64,000 nt of DNA, taken from assembly GCA_943372435.1 (NCBI GenBank), contig CALRYQ010000002.1, forward strand, positions 300,584-364,583. The letters run 5' to 3'. The DNA comes from Devosia equisanguinis (lineage in GTDB: Bacteria; Pseudomonadota; Alphaproteobacteria; Rhizobiales; Devosiaceae). Position numbers and translations under genes: made by a program. A model generated the notes under the pieces. The model saw nothing but the letters and a program-made list of their open reading frames with translations, ran no database searches and was not told the origin of the DNA. Shown in pieces: positions 8,679-19,754 of this stretch. Each line of letters starts with the position of its first letter. Positions within the stretch are counted from its first letter, which is position 1.

Positions 8679-10772
8679 TTGACCCAGAAAAATACCCCCA
8701 CCTTCGTAGACCGGCGAAAAACCAAGCGGCCACGGGCAATTGCATTTTCGACGGTGTTCCTGTTTTTGGGCGCAATGATGCTAACGCTTGGCCTCACGCT
8801 CACGACTTTGACCGTGGTGAGTTCCAATGCGTTCCGCAAAGCGAGCGACGACGGCGTCGTCATCCTGGCGACCCTGCGGGATCATTTGACTGCGGATATG
8901 TATCACGACGGAATGCGCGGCCTGGTCTACAAGGCGCTGTTTTCCGGTGCGACCTTGAAAATGGCCGGGACGGAATCGGCAGTTGTCGATCTCAAGGCAA
9001 TGGCTGAACGGTTCACAGCGATCGTTACTGCGGAACGGGATTTGGGTTTGCCGGAACAAGTCCGGGCCGGGATCGAGGAGCTGCGTGCACCACTGAATTC
9101 ATATATCGCGGCGGCAGAAGCCATTGGAGAACTGGCTCTGGGCGGCAAAAATTCCGATGCACAGGAATTGCTACCAGCATTTGAAGTGGCGTTCACAACG
9201 CTTGAAGCGTCCATGTTGTCGCTCACGGACACAATCGAGGCTGCCAATCTGGCGGTTCAGGAAGAGGCCGCGGGCGCCTCCCAACTGGCATTTTACGTGG
9301 TGGTTGCTGCTTTGGTGCTGTCGCTGGCTGTCGTGATCGCGATGGTGGTGACTACGAACCGGTTGGTCAGCAGGCCAATCGTGCAAATGATTACCGCTCT
9401 GCGAGCCCTGTCCAATGGCGATACCAAGATCGCGATTTCCGGGGTGATGCGCATTACCGAGATTGCGACGATGCAGGGGGTGATGGGCACCTATCGCGAC
9501 GCGCTGGAGGATCGCGGCCGCCTGGTTGTCGAGACAGAGGCGGCCAACGCGATTGTCGCGAAACGAACCATCGAGACGAATGCTCTTACCGCGAACCTGT
9601 CCGATGTGGTCGAGGCAGCCGTTGCCGGCGATTTTTCTCGGCGGGCGGACGCAAGCTACGGCGATGCGGGTCTGAATGCGCTAGCAACGGCGTTCAACGA
9701 GCTGGTCGCCAGCGTTGATCAAGTGGTCGAGGAAACCGCTGGGGTATTGGCGGCAATGGCCAAGGCTGACCTGACGGTGCGGATGGAAGGGCAATATGGC
9801 GGGGCCTTTGCCCGGCTCAAGAACGATACCAATGCCGTGGGTGAGCGGTTTACGGACGTGGTGGCGCAATTGCGCGAAGCATCGCAGGCGCTGAAGGTGG
9901 CGACCAGCGAAATATTGTCAGGCGCCAATGATCTGAGCGAGCGGACGACCAAACAGGCCGCCGCGATCGAACAGACGTCGGCGGCAATGGACCAGTTGGC
10001 ATCAACCGTGGTCGACAATGCCAAGCGCGCCGAAGAAGCCAGCACCAATGCTGCCCAAGTGTCGCAGACGGCGGAAGAGGGTGGCAATGTCATGCGCGAA
10101 GCAACCGCGGCGATGGAGCGGATCACTTTGTCTTCCAGCAAGATTTCCAACATCATCGGCTTGATCGACGACATCGCCTTCCAGACCAATTTGCTGGCGC
10201 TCAACGCCTCGGTTGAAGCGGCGCGGGCCGGTGACGCTGGTAAGGGTTTTGCGGTGGTTGCGGTCGAGGTCCGTCGCTTAGCCCAATCAGCGGCGAGTGC
10301 TTCTGCCGACGTCAAGGTTTTGATCGAAGAGAGCGGCTCACAAGTTGCCGGTGGCTCAAGGCTGGTGGCTTCCGCTGCGCAAAAGCTGGACGCCATGCTG
10401 GAAGGGGCGCGGACCAATTTCGGCCTGTTGCAGGGCATTGCGCGCGAAAGCCGCGACCAGGCTCAGGCGATCGAAGAGATTTCCGTTGCCGTGCGCAGCA
10501 TGGACGAGATGACCCAGCACAATGCCGCACTGGTTGAGCAGACGAACGCCGCGATCGAGCAGACCGAGGCCCAGGCCAATCAACTGGATCAGGTGGTGGG
10601 TGTGTTCACCGTTGCGGCACCGGCACGGACAGCCATTGGTGGTCGCGCGGCCCCGCCGAGCCGGACCGCCAATCCAAATGGGGTCCGCGAACAACAGGAA
10701 AAGGCAAGGGCTGCCGCCAAATCCTATTTGTCGCAAGGCAATGCGGCGAAAAAGGATTGGTCAGAATTTTGA
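8679..10772 (+). CDS. methyl-accepting chemotaxis protein
   Basis: 697 aa. TTG start 8 nt after AAGGAG. Two TM segments flank a roughly 170-aa periplasmic domain, followed by HAMP-like repeats. Highly conserved signalling hairpin ([37 protein letters not shown]). C-terminal DWSEF. Confidence 0.9.
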   Translation: MTQKNTPTFVDRRKTKRPRAIAFSTVFLFLGAMMLTLGLTLTTLTVVSSNAFRKASDDGVVILATLRDHLTADMYHDGMRGLVYKALFSGATLKMAGTESAVVDLKAMAERFTAIVTAERDLGLPEQVRAGIEELRAPLNSYIAAAEAIGELALGGKNSDAQELLPAFEVAFTTLEASMLSLTDTIEAANLAVQEEAAGASQLAFYVVVAALVLSLAVVIAMVVTTNRLVSRPIVQMITALRALSNGDTKIAISGVMRITEIATMQGVMGTYRDALEDRGRLVVETEAANAIVAKRTIETNALTANLSDVVEAAVAGDFSRRADASYGDAGLNALATAFNELVASVDQVVEETAGVLAAMAKADLTVRMEGQYGGAFARLKNDTNAVGERFTDVVAQLREASQALKVATSEILSGANDLSERTTKQAAAIEQTSAAMDQLASTVVDNAKRAEEASTNAAQVSQTAEEGGNVMREATAAMERITLSSSKISNIIGLIDDIAFQTNLLALNASVEAARAGDAGKGFAVVAVEVRRLAQSAASASADVKVLIEESGSQVAGGSRLVASAAQKLDAMLEGARTNFGLLQGIARESRDQAQAIEEISVAVRSMDEMTQHNAALVEQTNAAIEQTEAQANQLDQVVGVFTVAAPARTAIGGRAAPPSRTANPNGVREQQEKARAAAKSYLSQGNAAKKDWSEF

Positions 10773-10841
10773 GCGGCCTGGCTTAGACCGGTTCGCAACC
10801 GGCCAGCCAAGGATAGCTCAGCATGGTCCCTCCCCCGGGAC

Positions 10842-10875
10842 GGCGCGGAACAGGAGTTCCGCGCCAACTCGTTTT
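10842..10875 (+). terminator. Rho-independent terminator after the chemoreceptor gene
   Basis: GGCGCGGAAC-agga-GTTCCGCGCC (10-bp perfect stem) followed by AACTCGTTTT. It lies between the convergent MCP and ald genes. Confidence 0.7.
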
Positions 10876-10920
10876 GGATGGGGCCAGGACTGTAACGAAA
10901 ACCAGTCCGCTCGGCCTGTA

Positions 10921-12039
10921 TCAGGCGGCGAGGGCCGCCTCGGCGGTCATGAGCTTGTAGTTCAGTACCTGGGCGACAGGTGCGCAGGTGACGTGGCCTT
11001 TCCAGATATTGAGGCCAGCCCGCAGGTGCGGATCGGCCTGCAAAGCGCCCTTCCAACCCATATTTGCCAAGCGAACCACATGGGGCAGGGTGGCATTGTT
11101 GAGGGCATAGGTGGAGGTGCGGGCAACGCCGCCGGGCATGTTGGCCACGCAGTAATGCACAATGCCATCAACCACATAGGTCGGCTCGGCATGGGTTGTG
11201 GCGTGGGATGTCTCAAAGCAGCCGCCCTGATCGATGGCCACATCAACAAGAACGGCGCCAGGCTTCATGGTCGCCAACATGGCGCGCGTCACCAGTTTGG
11301 GCGCTGACGCGCCGGGGATCAGCACTGCGCCAATCACCAGATCAGCGGTGGCAACGTGTTCAGCAATCGCGGCTGTGTTGGAATAGAGCACGCGGGCCTT
11401 GGCGCCAAAATGGCTGGAGAGGCGCTCCAGCGCCATCGGATTTTTGTCAAGAATGGTAACGTCGGCTTGCAGGCCAACGGCATTTTCAGCGGCATGGAAA
11501 CCGACAACGCCGCCGCCCAGGATGACAACGCGACCAGGCTGCACGCCCGGTACGCCGCCAAGCAAGACACCCCGTCCGCCATGGGCCTTTTCCAGCGCGG
11601 TGGCGCCGGCCTGGATCGACATGCGACCGGCAACCTGGCTCATCGGCTTAAGCAATGGCAGGCCGCCATTGTGGTCGGTGACTGTCTCATAAGCGATGCC
11701 GATGCAACCCGACTTGACCAGATCTGCGGTCTGTTCGGGATCGGGCGCTAAATGCAGGTATGTGAACAGGATTTGGTCCGGGCGCAGCATGGCGCGTTCG
11801 GCTGCTTGGGGCTCTTTGACCTTAACGATCATGTCGGCGCCGGCAAACACGGCGGCAGCGTCGCGGGCGATGCGGGCACCAGCGGCAATGTAGTCGGTGT
11901 CGCTGTCGCCAATGCCGCTACCGGCATTGGTTTCGACCAGCACCTGATGGCCAGCATGAACGAGCTCGGCGACGCTTTCGGGCGTCAAGCCAACCCGATA
12001 TTCGTGGTTTTTGATTTCTTTTGGAACACCGATCAGCAT
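10921..12039 (-). CDS. ald: alanine dehydrogenase
   Basis: The track ORF is over-extended. ATG 12039 behind GGGAGGG gives 372 aa starting [23 protein letters not shown] fold [10 protein letters not shown]. Confidence 0.92.
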   Translation of the reverse strand: MLIGVPKEIKNHEYRVGLTPESVAELVHAGHQVLVETNAGSGIGDSDTDYIAAGARIARDAAAVFAGADMIVKVKEPQAAERAMLRPDQILFTYLHLAPDPEQTADLVKSGCIGIAYETVTDHNGGLPLLKPMSQVAGRMSIQAGATALEKAHGGRGVLLGGVPGVQPGRVVILGGGVVGFHAAENAVGLQADVTILDKNPMALERLSSHFGAKARVLYSNTAAIAEHVATADLVIGAVLIPGASAPKLVTRAMLATMKPGAVLVDVAIDQGGCFETSHATTHAEPTYVVDGIVHYCVANMPGGVARTSTYALNNATLPHVVRLANMGWKGALQADPHLRAGLNIWKGHVTCAPVAQVLNYKLMTAEAALAA

Positions 12040-12163
12040 AGCACCCTCCCGAGACTCTTCTCTTGGGCCAAGCAAAACAGTTTTGCGGCGGAAAGTCCTT
12101 GCGTTCTTTGTGCCGTTTTGGTCATTATTCGAATGAAATTCGATCATTTATGGAAATCGCGAT

Positions 12164-12628
12164 ATGTTCTTGCAGCTGGACGCAGTGGACCTCAAGCTGT
12201 TGCGCGTCTTGCAGGACGATAGTCGCAAGAGCGTGCAGGAGTTGGGGGATGCCGTGGGCCTGTCGGCGTCAGCCTGTCACCGGCGACTAAAGGCACTGGA
12301 AGAGCGCGGCATTGTCGAAGGGTATCGCGCGGTGCTGAGTGCTGCGGCGCTCGGGTTTTCGATGCAGTTTTTTATCGAGGTCGAACTGACCAGCCAGAGT
12401 GAGGCGGTGCTGGACGCCTTTGAAGCGGCAGTGCGGGATATTCCAGAAGTGCTGGAGTGCCATTTGATGGCCGGGCAGGCGGACTATATTTTGCGGGTGA
12501 TCTGCCGCGACCACGAGGATTTTGAACGGCTGCACCGTCGTTTGAGTGCGCGATTGCCGGGGGTGGCGCGGATTCATTCCAATATGAGCATTCGTACGGT
12601 CAAGGCTCGGTCGGGCCTGCCGATCTAG
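12164..12628 (+). CDS. Lrp/AsnC-family transcriptional regulator
   Basis: 154 aa. N-terminal HTH (LDAVDLKLLRVLQDDSRKSVQELGDAVGLSASACHRRLKALEERGIV) plus an AsnC-type ligand domain. It is divergent from ald, the usual regulator/ald arrangement. Confidence 0.85.
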   Translation: MFLQLDAVDLKLLRVLQDDSRKSVQELGDAVGLSASACHRRLKALEERGIVEGYRAVLSAAALGFSMQFFIEVELTSQSEAVLDAFEAAVRDIPEVLECHLMAGQADYILRVICRDHEDFERLHRRLSARLPGVARIHSNMSIRTVKARSGLPI

Positions 12629-13989
12629 TCGACCAGGACAGTGTGGGGGGTGAAGCTGGCGCGGATTGGCGATCTGGGGCGAATGGTGCCGACAAATTCC
12701 AGTTCCAGCGGACGCTCGTCGACGAGGCTCCAATCAAAATTTTTGGCCAAAAGCGCTGTCGCCATCGCCATTTCTACCAGGGCAAAGTGTTTGCCCAGGC
12801 AAATCCTGGGGCCAGCGCCAAACGGGGCATAGGCACCGCGATGGGCAATTCGTTTTTGCAAGGGATTGGCCAAATCGGGGGCAAAGTGATCGCCGGCGGG
12901 CCACCAGGCGGGGTTGCGTTGGGTGAGAAAAATATTGATGACGGCCAAGCTCCCCGCCTTGAGCGACTGACCGGCGATATCGCAATCGCGCGTCAGCTCA
13001 CGCGCGACCAGCGCCACCGGGGGATAAAGCCGCAACGTCTCGTTGACGATTTCGCAGGCCAGCGGCAATTGCTTGAGCACGGCCAGCGCCCCATCGGGCC
13101 GCTTAAAGGTTGCAGCCTCCTGGCGGAGTGGCTCCAACAGGTGCGGATTGCGCGCCAGCTCGTAGGTGAGAAAGGTCATGGCCCGGGCGGTGGTTTCAAA
13201 GCCGGCGAAATACAGGCTGATGACTTCATCACGCAACATCTGGTGGGTATTGCCAGCCAAAGCCGCAAAAATCTGGCCGTTCATCGAATTGTCGCCCGGT
13301 GCTGCAACAGCGCGTGCGATCAAGCCGTCGACGAAGGTTTCGATGGTGTGCAGCGCGCGCCGGTAATGGCGGTTGCCAGCAGTCGGCACAAACAGGGGTG
13401 GGCGCAGCGGTCGGGCCACCGAGTCAGCCATGTAGGAGAAGGCATAGTTGAAAGCTTCGGCGACCTGGATATGGCGCTCCCCGAGGTCAACACCGAAAGC
13501 GGCCCCGGCAATGACCCGCATGGTCAATTGCACCATGGCTTCGCCGACATCGACGGTTTTGCCACCAGCGGCGGCGCTTGCCAAATCATTGATGCCCAGG
13601 GTGACCGCGTCAAAGATCACACCGGCATAATCTTCAGTTGCGGCTGGTGAGAACAGCGGATTGAGCCGCTGGCGCTGGCTTGCCCAATGAGGGGCATCAG
13701 TGGTGACCAGTCCTTCCCCCAAAAGCTTGCGCAAGCCGGCATAGGCGAAGCCTTTGCGCATGGCCTTATGTTGGGTAACCAAGACCTCCTGCACCGCATC
13801 GGGGCAGGCAAAAGACCAGATATTGACCGGGCCAAAGCTGACTTTTAGCGCATCGCCAAAGGCTTCGTGCAGCGTCCGCCATTGTGCCAGCAGGTCGCCG
13901 CCGAGCTTGAAGTCCAACACATTGCCGAGCAGGGGCAAGCCCCTTGGCCCCGGTGGTCGCACAGGGTGAGCCATAGGCGATGATCCCAA
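12625..13989 (-). CDS. cytochrome P450
   Basis: 454 aa. Heme-thiolate loop FGAGPRICLGKHFA, ExxR (ETLR), I-helix AGFETT. ATG 13974 is an alternative start. Confidence 0.9.
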   Translation of the reverse strand: MGSSPMAHPVRPPGPRGLPLLGNVLDFKLGGDLLAQWRTLHEAFGDALKVSFGPVNIWSFACPDAVQEVLVTQHKAMRKGFAYAGLRKLLGEGLVTTDAPHWASQRQRLNPLFSPAATEDYAGVIFDAVTLGINDLASAAAGGKTVDVGEAMVQLTMRVIAGAAFGVDLGERHIQVAEAFNYAFSYMADSVARPLRPPLFVPTAGNRHYRRALHTIETFVDGLIARAVAAPGDNSMNGQIFAALAGNTHQMLRDEVISLYFAGFETTARAMTFLTYELARNPHLLEPLRQEAATFKRPDGALAVLKQLPLACEIVNETLRLYPPVALVARELTRDCDIAGQSLKAGSLAVINIFLTQRNPAWWPAGDHFAPDLANPLQKRIAHRGAYAPFGAGPRICLGKHFALVEMAMATALLAKNFDWSLVDERPLELEFVGTIRPRSPIRASFTPHTVLVD

Positions 13990-14132
13990 GGCCTGGCGTC
14001 GGCGTCAATGCACTTTAGAGACGAGGCGGGCGCCTGGCGCCGAGCGCCTGTAGCGGAGTTTTCCCTTTGCCAGCGGTTCGAAACTATCCATTATGGGGCA
14101 CAGGTTTGCGGCACCAGAATGCCGATTGAGGA

Positions 14133-16319
14133 GTGCATATGGCGTCCGGACCAGAGCCCAAGATCGTTGGTGGAGGCGCCAAAAAGGTGCTGTACACCCT
14201 GGCCACCATTGGGCGCATGGGTCTGGGCAAGGCTGCCAAGGCACTGACGTCCAAGAATGCCTGCAAGGCCTGTGCTTATGGCATGGGCGGCCAGCGTGGG
14301 GGCATGACCAATGAGCTCAACGAGTTTCCATCGGTGTGCAACAAGTCGGTGCAAGCACAATCCAGCGATGTGCGCCGGGCGATTCCCAGCGAAATATTCG
14401 AACACGAGCTTGCCGATTTACAGGAGTTGACTGGGCGCGAAATTGATTTGCTAGGGCGGCTGGGAAACCCGATTTTCAAGGCCGCTGGCAAAAATCGATA
14501 TGAGGAGGTGAGCTGGGACTGGGCGATGGCGCACGCCGCTGAACGATTGCGCGCAACCGATCCGAGTCGGAGTTTTTTTTACTCGTCGGGGCGCTCCTCC
14601 AACGAGGCGGGATTCATTTTCCAATTGCTGGCTCGGGCTTACGGCACCAACAATGTCAATAATTGCTCGTATTATTGCCATCAGGCGACCAGCGAAGGCC
14701 TGGCGACCACAATCGGTAAGGCAACTTCGAGCGTTGAACTGGAGGATTTGACTGGCGCTGACTTGATTTTTGTCATTGGCGCCAATCCGTCATCAAACCA
14801 TCCACGCTTCATTCACATGCTGAAAAACTGCCGCGACCGGGGCGGGCAGGTGATTGTCATCAACCCGGCCAAGGAGCCGGGACTGGTGAAGTTCGCGGTG
14901 CCGAAATCGCCCAGTTCCATGCTGATGGGCGGGAGCGCCATTGCCTCGGACTATGTGCAGCCACGGATTGGTTCCGACATCGCCTTGCTGAAGGGATTGG
15001 CCAAGGCGGTTTTGGAACAACAGCTTGAGGATGCAGGCTTTGTTGCGGCGCATACGGCGGGGTTTGACGCGTTCAAGCGGGATATCGATGCTTTGAGCTG
15101 GGAGACCATCACCGCTTTGTGTGGGATTGCCCGAGACGAGATTGAGCATATCGCTCGCCAATATGGCGCGGCCAAACAGGTGGTTTTTGCCTGGGGCATG
15201 GGGATGACCCATCACATTCATGGAGTGGCCAATGTCGAGGCGATCGCCAATCTGGCGCTGTTGCGCGGCATGATCGGCAAACGCTTTGCCGGGTTGTTGC
15301 CGTTGCGCGGGCATTCCAATGTGCAAGGGATCGGCACGATTGGGGTCAAGCCGGTTTTGGCCAAGGATGTGTTGGCCAAAATGGAAACAGCGTTTGGTGT
15401 CCGTTTCCCAGCGGAGAAGGGCATGGACACCATGGCCTGCCTGAGAGCGGCGGAAATCGGGGGTATCGATAGCGCGGTGATCATGGGGGGAAACCTGTGG
15501 GGCGCGACCCCGGACGTTGCGTTCGCCAGTCGTGCCATGGGTGCCATCGGCTTCAAGCTGTTTTTGACCACCACGCTGAATTTGGGGCATGTCAACGGGT
15601 TGGGAGATGGCGAGGTTTTGGTGCTGCCGGTGACAGCACGCGACGAGGAATGGCAACCGACAACGCAGGAATCGATGTTCAACTATGTGCGGCTGTCAGA
15701 TGGGGGCATTGTTCGCCTCGACAATGTGCGGCCGGAGAGCCATATCTTGTGTGACATTGGCCAGCGGATTTTGCCCAACAGTCCGATTGATTTTGCCGCC
15801 TTCAGTCAACACCGCAAGGTGCGCGAGGCCATCGCCGCTATTGTGCCAGGCCTAGAACAATTGGCTGATATCGACGTGGCCAAGCAGGAATTCCACATCA
15901 AGAACCGTGTGATGCATACGCCCGAATTCGGCACCGCCGATGGCAAAGCCCATTTTGTCATCACGCCGGTCACCAATTTCTCGGAGACCCAACTGCTACT
16001 CGCCACCGTTCGCTCGGAAGGCCAGTTCAATACCATTATCTATGAAGACCGGGATTCATATCGCAACCAGGCGCCGCGCGATGCGGTGTTTCTCAATCGC
16101 CTGGACATGGACGCCTTTGGCCTCAGCGAGGGGCAGCGCGTGACACTCGCCTCCAAGATTGGAAAAATGTCGGCCGTTGTCACGGTGTTCGATCTGCCGC
16201 GCGGCTCGGCGCTGGCCTATTATCCTGAAGCCAATGTGTTGGTGGGCACCGAGGTTGATCCACGCAGCAGAACGCCGGCATTCAAATCCGTGCCGGTGCG
16301 CATAGAGGCGGCAGCGTAA
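14133..16319 (+). CDS. FdhF/YdeP-family molybdopterin oxidoreductase
   Basis: 728 aa. N-terminal Cys cluster (CKACAYGMGG...CNKS) and a molybdopterin-oxidoreductase-like body. ATG 14139, 5 nt after GAGGAG, is the more likely start. Confidence 0.82.
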   Translation: MHMASGPEPKIVGGGAKKVLYTLATIGRMGLGKAAKALTSKNACKACAYGMGGQRGGMTNELNEFPSVCNKSVQAQSSDVRRAIPSEIFEHELADLQELTGREIDLLGRLGNPIFKAAGKNRYEEVSWDWAMAHAAERLRATDPSRSFFYSSGRSSNEAGFIFQLLARAYGTNNVNNCSYYCHQATSEGLATTIGKATSSVELEDLTGADLIFVIGANPSSNHPRFIHMLKNCRDRGGQVIVINPAKEPGLVKFAVPKSPSSMLMGGSAIASDYVQPRIGSDIALLKGLAKAVLEQQLEDAGFVAAHTAGFDAFKRDIDALSWETITALCGIARDEIEHIARQYGAAKQVVFAWGMGMTHHIHGVANVEAIANLALLRGMIGKRFAGLLPLRGHSNVQGIGTIGVKPVLAKDVLAKMETAFGVRFPAEKGMDTMACLRAAEIGGIDSAVIMGGNLWGATPDVAFASRAMGAIGFKLFLTTTLNLGHVNGLGDGEVLVLPVTARDEEWQPTTQESMFNYVRLSDGGIVRLDNVRPESHILCDIGQRILPNSPIDFAAFSQHRKVREAIAAIVPGLEQLADIDVAKQEFHIKNRVMHTPEFGTADGKAHFVITPVTNFSETQLLLATVRSEGQFNTIIYEDRDSYRNQAPRDAVFLNRLDMDAFGLSEGQRVTLASKIGKMSAVVTVFDLPRGSALAYYPEANVLVGTEVDPRSRTPAFKSVPVRIEAAA

Positions 16320-16338
16320 GAGCCGCAAGTTCCGGCAA

Positions 16339-17262
16339 TCAAATGGCGCTGTCTGCATCCGTGTTCGTCATCGGGTAGGCCACATAGGACAGATGATGGC
16401 TGTCGGGGGACCAGGAATTGACGTTGATGGTCCCCTGACCGCCGAAGAGTTCGACCAAAATTCGCTGGCCGCTGCCATCGGGGTTCATCAGGCACAAGTG
16501 CACATCCATGTCGACGGGGTGGCCTAACGTGCCGTGAGGGAAACTTATGTAAGCCACAAGTTTGCCATCCGGGGACAAATGGGGAAACCAATTGACCCGA
16601 CTGTCAAAGGTCAATTGTTCCAGACCACTGCCGTCACTGGCGTTCATGCGGAAGATCTGGGCATGGCCTGGTCGACTGGCGGCCAGTTCGCTGTTGAAGT
16701 AAATCCAGCGCCCGTCGGGCGAATATTCCGGGCCGTCATTGGGCAGGGCCATGTCGGTGAGGCGCGTATCAGGGCCGCCGTCGGACGGGATGGTAAAAAT
16801 GTTGAATCGGCGATTGCTGCCCACCCCCTCGATAGCGACATAGCTCAACGTCCTGCCATCAGGCGAGATGCCGTGCAAATAGTAGTGGAATGGGGTGGCG
16901 TGGGTATTGGAGATGCGATGCGGTTCGCCACCCGTGATCGGGAGCTTGTACAGGTGACCGTCGTCGGAGCTGACATAAACGGTGGTGCCATCGGCGGAAA
17001 TGACATGGTCGTTGTTGAGATCAGTAAACCGGCCGGTATTGATCAGGCTGGGGTCGCCTGTCCCATCAGCTGCGATACGGAACAGGCTGCCACCCGCGTT
17101 AAAGATCAGCCATTGCCCGTCTGGGGTCCAGTTTGGAGCCTCAATGATCTCATCGGCGACCAACACCACGCGGCGCTGGCCGTCGCGCGTGTCAATAATT
17201 GTCAGCTCGGCGCGTTGCCCTGCACTCAAGGTTCGACCGCGGCGCGGAAACATGAAGCCCAT
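16339..17262 (-). CDS. TolB-like beta-propeller (PD40 repeat) protein
   Basis: Repeated PD40-type SPDG/TPDG motifs (NWTPDGQW, ISPDGR, YSPDGRW, LSPDGKL, WSPDSHH). The track ORF starts at 17400. ATG 17262 (MGFMFPRRG...) gives 307 aa. The start is uncertain. Confidence 0.6.
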   Translation of the reverse strand: MGFMFPRRGRTLSAGQRAELTIIDTRDGQRRVVLVADEIIEAPNWTPDGQWLIFNAGGSLFRIAADGTGDPSLINTGRFTDLNNDHVISADGTTVYVSSDDGHLYKLPITGGEPHRISNTHATPFHYYLHGISPDGRTLSYVAIEGVGSNRRFNIFTIPSDGGPDTRLTDMALPNDGPEYSPDGRWIYFNSELAASRPGHAQIFRMNASDGSGLEQLTFDSRVNWFPHLSPDGKLVAYISFPHGTLGHPVDMDVHLCLMNPDGSGQRILVELFGGQGTINVNSWSPDSHHLSYVAYPMTNTDADSAI

Positions 17263-17432
17263 TGAACACCTGAGATTGCGACTGAAATCGATATAATAGA
17301 TTAGTCTGGTTATAGTGTTGGCACCAGAGCCTGAGTGAATTATCCCCGTACTGGCTTTGCTCCATTGCCCCAATCGGGGCGATGGCATAAATACGGGCAA
17401 AATTCGAAATCGGTTGCGAGGTTTGCAAGCCT

Positions 17433-19088
17433 ATGGCTCGCCAGTTCATTTACCACATGCACTCCATGTCCAAGGCCTATGCAGGGGGCAAGAAGATTTT
17501 GGACAACGTCAATTTGTCGTTTTACCCCGACGCCAAGATTGGGGTGCTCGGCCCCAACGGCTCTGGTAAATCGACGCTGCTTAAGATCATGGCCGGCATT
17601 GATACCGAGTTTACCGGCGAGGCTTGGTTGGCGCAGGGCGCCAAGCTGGGTTATCTGGCCCAAGAGCCTGAACTGGACCCGGCGCTGAACGTGCTGGGCA
17701 ATGTCATGATGGGGGTCAAGGAAAAGAAGGACATCGTCGACCGCTATAACGCGTTGATGATGGACTATTCCGACGAGACCGCCGACGAAGCCTCCAAACT
17801 GCAGGACAAGATCGACGCAGAAAATCTGTGGGATCTGGAATCTCAGGTCGAAGTGGCGATGGAGGCCTTGGGCTGTCCACCCGGCGATGCCGATGTGACC
17901 AAGCTATCGGGCGGCGAACGCCGCCGCGTGGCACTGTGCGCGTTGCTGCTGTCCAAGCCGGATTTGTTGCTGCTGGATGAGCCGACCAACCATCTTGACG
18001 CCGAAACCACCGCATGGCTGGAACGGCATTTGCGTGAGTTTGAAGGCGCCGTGCTGATCATCACCCATGATCGATATTTCCTCGACAATGTGACCGGCTG
18101 GATTCTGGAATTGGATCGCGGGCGCAGTGTCCCTTATGAAGGCAATTATTCGGCCTATCTGGGCGCCAAAGCCAAACGCTTTGCCCAGGAAAAATCGGAA
18201 GACGCAGCGCGCTCCAAGGTCTTGGAGCGGGAGCGCGAATGGATGGGTCAGAGCCCGCAGGCGCGGCAATCCAAATCCAAGGCCCGGCTCAAATCCTATG
18301 AAGAGCTGGTCAAGGTCAATGATGCGCGGACCCAGTCCTCGAGTGCCCAGATTATTATCCCACCTGGCGAAAGACTCGGGCAGAACGTTATCGATGTTGA
18401 GGGTCTGTCCAAGTCCTATGGCGACCGCTTGCTCATTGATAATCTCACCTTCAAGCTGCCACCGGGCGGCATTGTTGGCATTATCGGGCCGAACGGGGCG
18501 GGCAAGACCACTCTGTTCCGCATGTTGACCGGTCAGGAACAGCCCGACGCGGGCAGTGTGACCATCGCCGACAGCGTGCATCTGGGTTATGTTGACCAGA
18601 GCCGGGATAGCCTCAACCCGAACAAAACCGTCTGGGAGGAAATTTCGGAAGGCGACGAAATCCTGCTGCTGGGCAAACGCGAAATGAACTCGCGCGCCTA
18701 TACCTCGACGTTCAACTTCAAGGGCGGCGACCAACAGCAAAAAGTCGGCAATCTTTCGGGCGGACAGCGCAATCGCGTGCATCTGGCCAAGATGTTGAAA
18801 TCTGGCTCCAACGTGTTGCTGCTCGATGAGCCGACCAACGATCTGGACACCGAAACCCTCGCCGCACTCGAAGAAGCGCTGGAAGAATTCGCCGGCTGCG
18901 CTGTCATCATCAGCCACGATCGCATGTTCCTCGACCGGTTGGCGACCCATATGCTGGCGTTCGAGGGCGACAGCCATGTCGAATGGTTCGAAGGCAATTT
19001 TGCGGATTATGAGGCGGACAAGGTGCGGCGCCTGGGCGCCGATGCGGTGAACCCGAAGCGGGCGACGTATAAGCCGCTAACGCGGTAG
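17433..19088 (+). CDS. ettA: energy-dependent translational throttle protein EttA (ABC-F)
   Basis: 551 aa. Two ABC cassettes (GPNGSGKST/LSGGERRR and GPNGAGKTT/LSGGQRNR) joined by an ABC-F linker. N-terminus MARQFIYHMHSMSKAY. Confidence 0.9.
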   Translation: MARQFIYHMHSMSKAYAGGKKILDNVNLSFYPDAKIGVLGPNGSGKSTLLKIMAGIDTEFTGEAWLAQGAKLGYLAQEPELDPALNVLGNVMMGVKEKKDIVDRYNALMMDYSDETADEASKLQDKIDAENLWDLESQVEVAMEALGCPPGDADVTKLSGGERRRVALCALLLSKPDLLLLDEPTNHLDAETTAWLERHLREFEGAVLIITHDRYFLDNVTGWILELDRGRSVPYEGNYSAYLGAKAKRFAQEKSEDAARSKVLEREREWMGQSPQARQSKSKARLKSYEELVKVNDARTQSSSAQIIIPPGERLGQNVIDVEGLSKSYGDRLLIDNLTFKLPPGGIVGIIGPNGAGKTTLFRMLTGQEQPDAGSVTIADSVHLGYVDQSRDSLNPNKTVWEEISEGDEILLLGKREMNSRAYTSTFNFKGGDQQQKVGNLSGGQRNRVHLAKMLKSGSNVLLLDEPTNDLDTETLAALEEALEEFAGCAVIISHDRMFLDRLATHMLAFEGDSHVEWFEGNFADYEADKVRRLGADAVNPKRATYKPLTR

Positions 19089-19161
19089 CGAACGAGAGGG
19101 GGCGGCGGCATCAAGCGACCGCCCCGGTCATTTGTGATGGCTGGAAAGAGGGAGGCCGAAA

Positions 19162-19650
19162 GTGGCAGTCCGAGAGCCGACTATTCGTCCCGCAGAAATC
19201 GCCGACCGTGAGGCTTTTATCGCAATGGCGCTGCGGTCCTGGTTCGATGCTTATACCGCGTTGCTCCCCCAGGCGGAAATTGCCGACGCGCCGGCCATGA
19301 TGGCGCGGGCCTGGGAGAAGCGCTGGACCGAGTTTCGCGTCGCCGACCTGAACGGCGCGCTTGCGGGTTTCTACTCGCTCGGCGATGTCCAGGACTTGGC
19401 CGATGTGAACTATCTGTGGCACCTCTATGTCGATCCGGGATGGCAGAGGCGCGGCATCGGCCGGGCGCTCAACCGCGCGGCGCTGACGGAAATCGCCTCG
19501 CGGGGCGCCCGTTCGGCCTGGCTTGATGTGCTGGAGGGGAATGCCAAGGCCCGCGCCTTTTATACCGCACTCGGCTGGCAGGAAACGGGGCGAGACCCCG
19601 AGGACCCTATGCTGGTGCTGATGGAAGTGGATACTGCTGGCAATCGGTAG
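19162..19650 (+). CDS. GNAT-family N-acetyltransferase
   Basis: 162 aa, GTG start. Acetyl-CoA motif A: YVDPGWQRRGIGRAL. Confidence 0.75.
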   Translation: MAVREPTIRPAEIADREAFIAMALRSWFDAYTALLPQAEIADAPAMMARAWEKRWTEFRVADLNGALAGFYSLGDVQDLADVNYLWHLYVDPGWQRRGIGRALNRAALTEIASRGARSAWLDVLEGNAKARAFYTALGWQETGRDPEDPMLVLMEVDTAGNR

Positions 19651-19754
19651 AAATGGGCAGATGCGCAAGCAGGTGCCGGAGCGCGCGGGGGCAGCGCCTG
19701 TGATCCGAACGGTGATATTTTTTATGGGTCTCTGGTGGGGTAGGCAAACTTGCG

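Noticed and set aside
13990-14132. A possible molybdenum-cofactor riboswitch upstream of the YdeP/FdhF-like molybdoenzyme.
   Set aside because: Only 143 bp are available, shared with the divergent P450 promoter. I see a short CCGAGC string but cannot reconstruct the multi-stem Moco fold. This needs cmsearch and is not supportable by eye.
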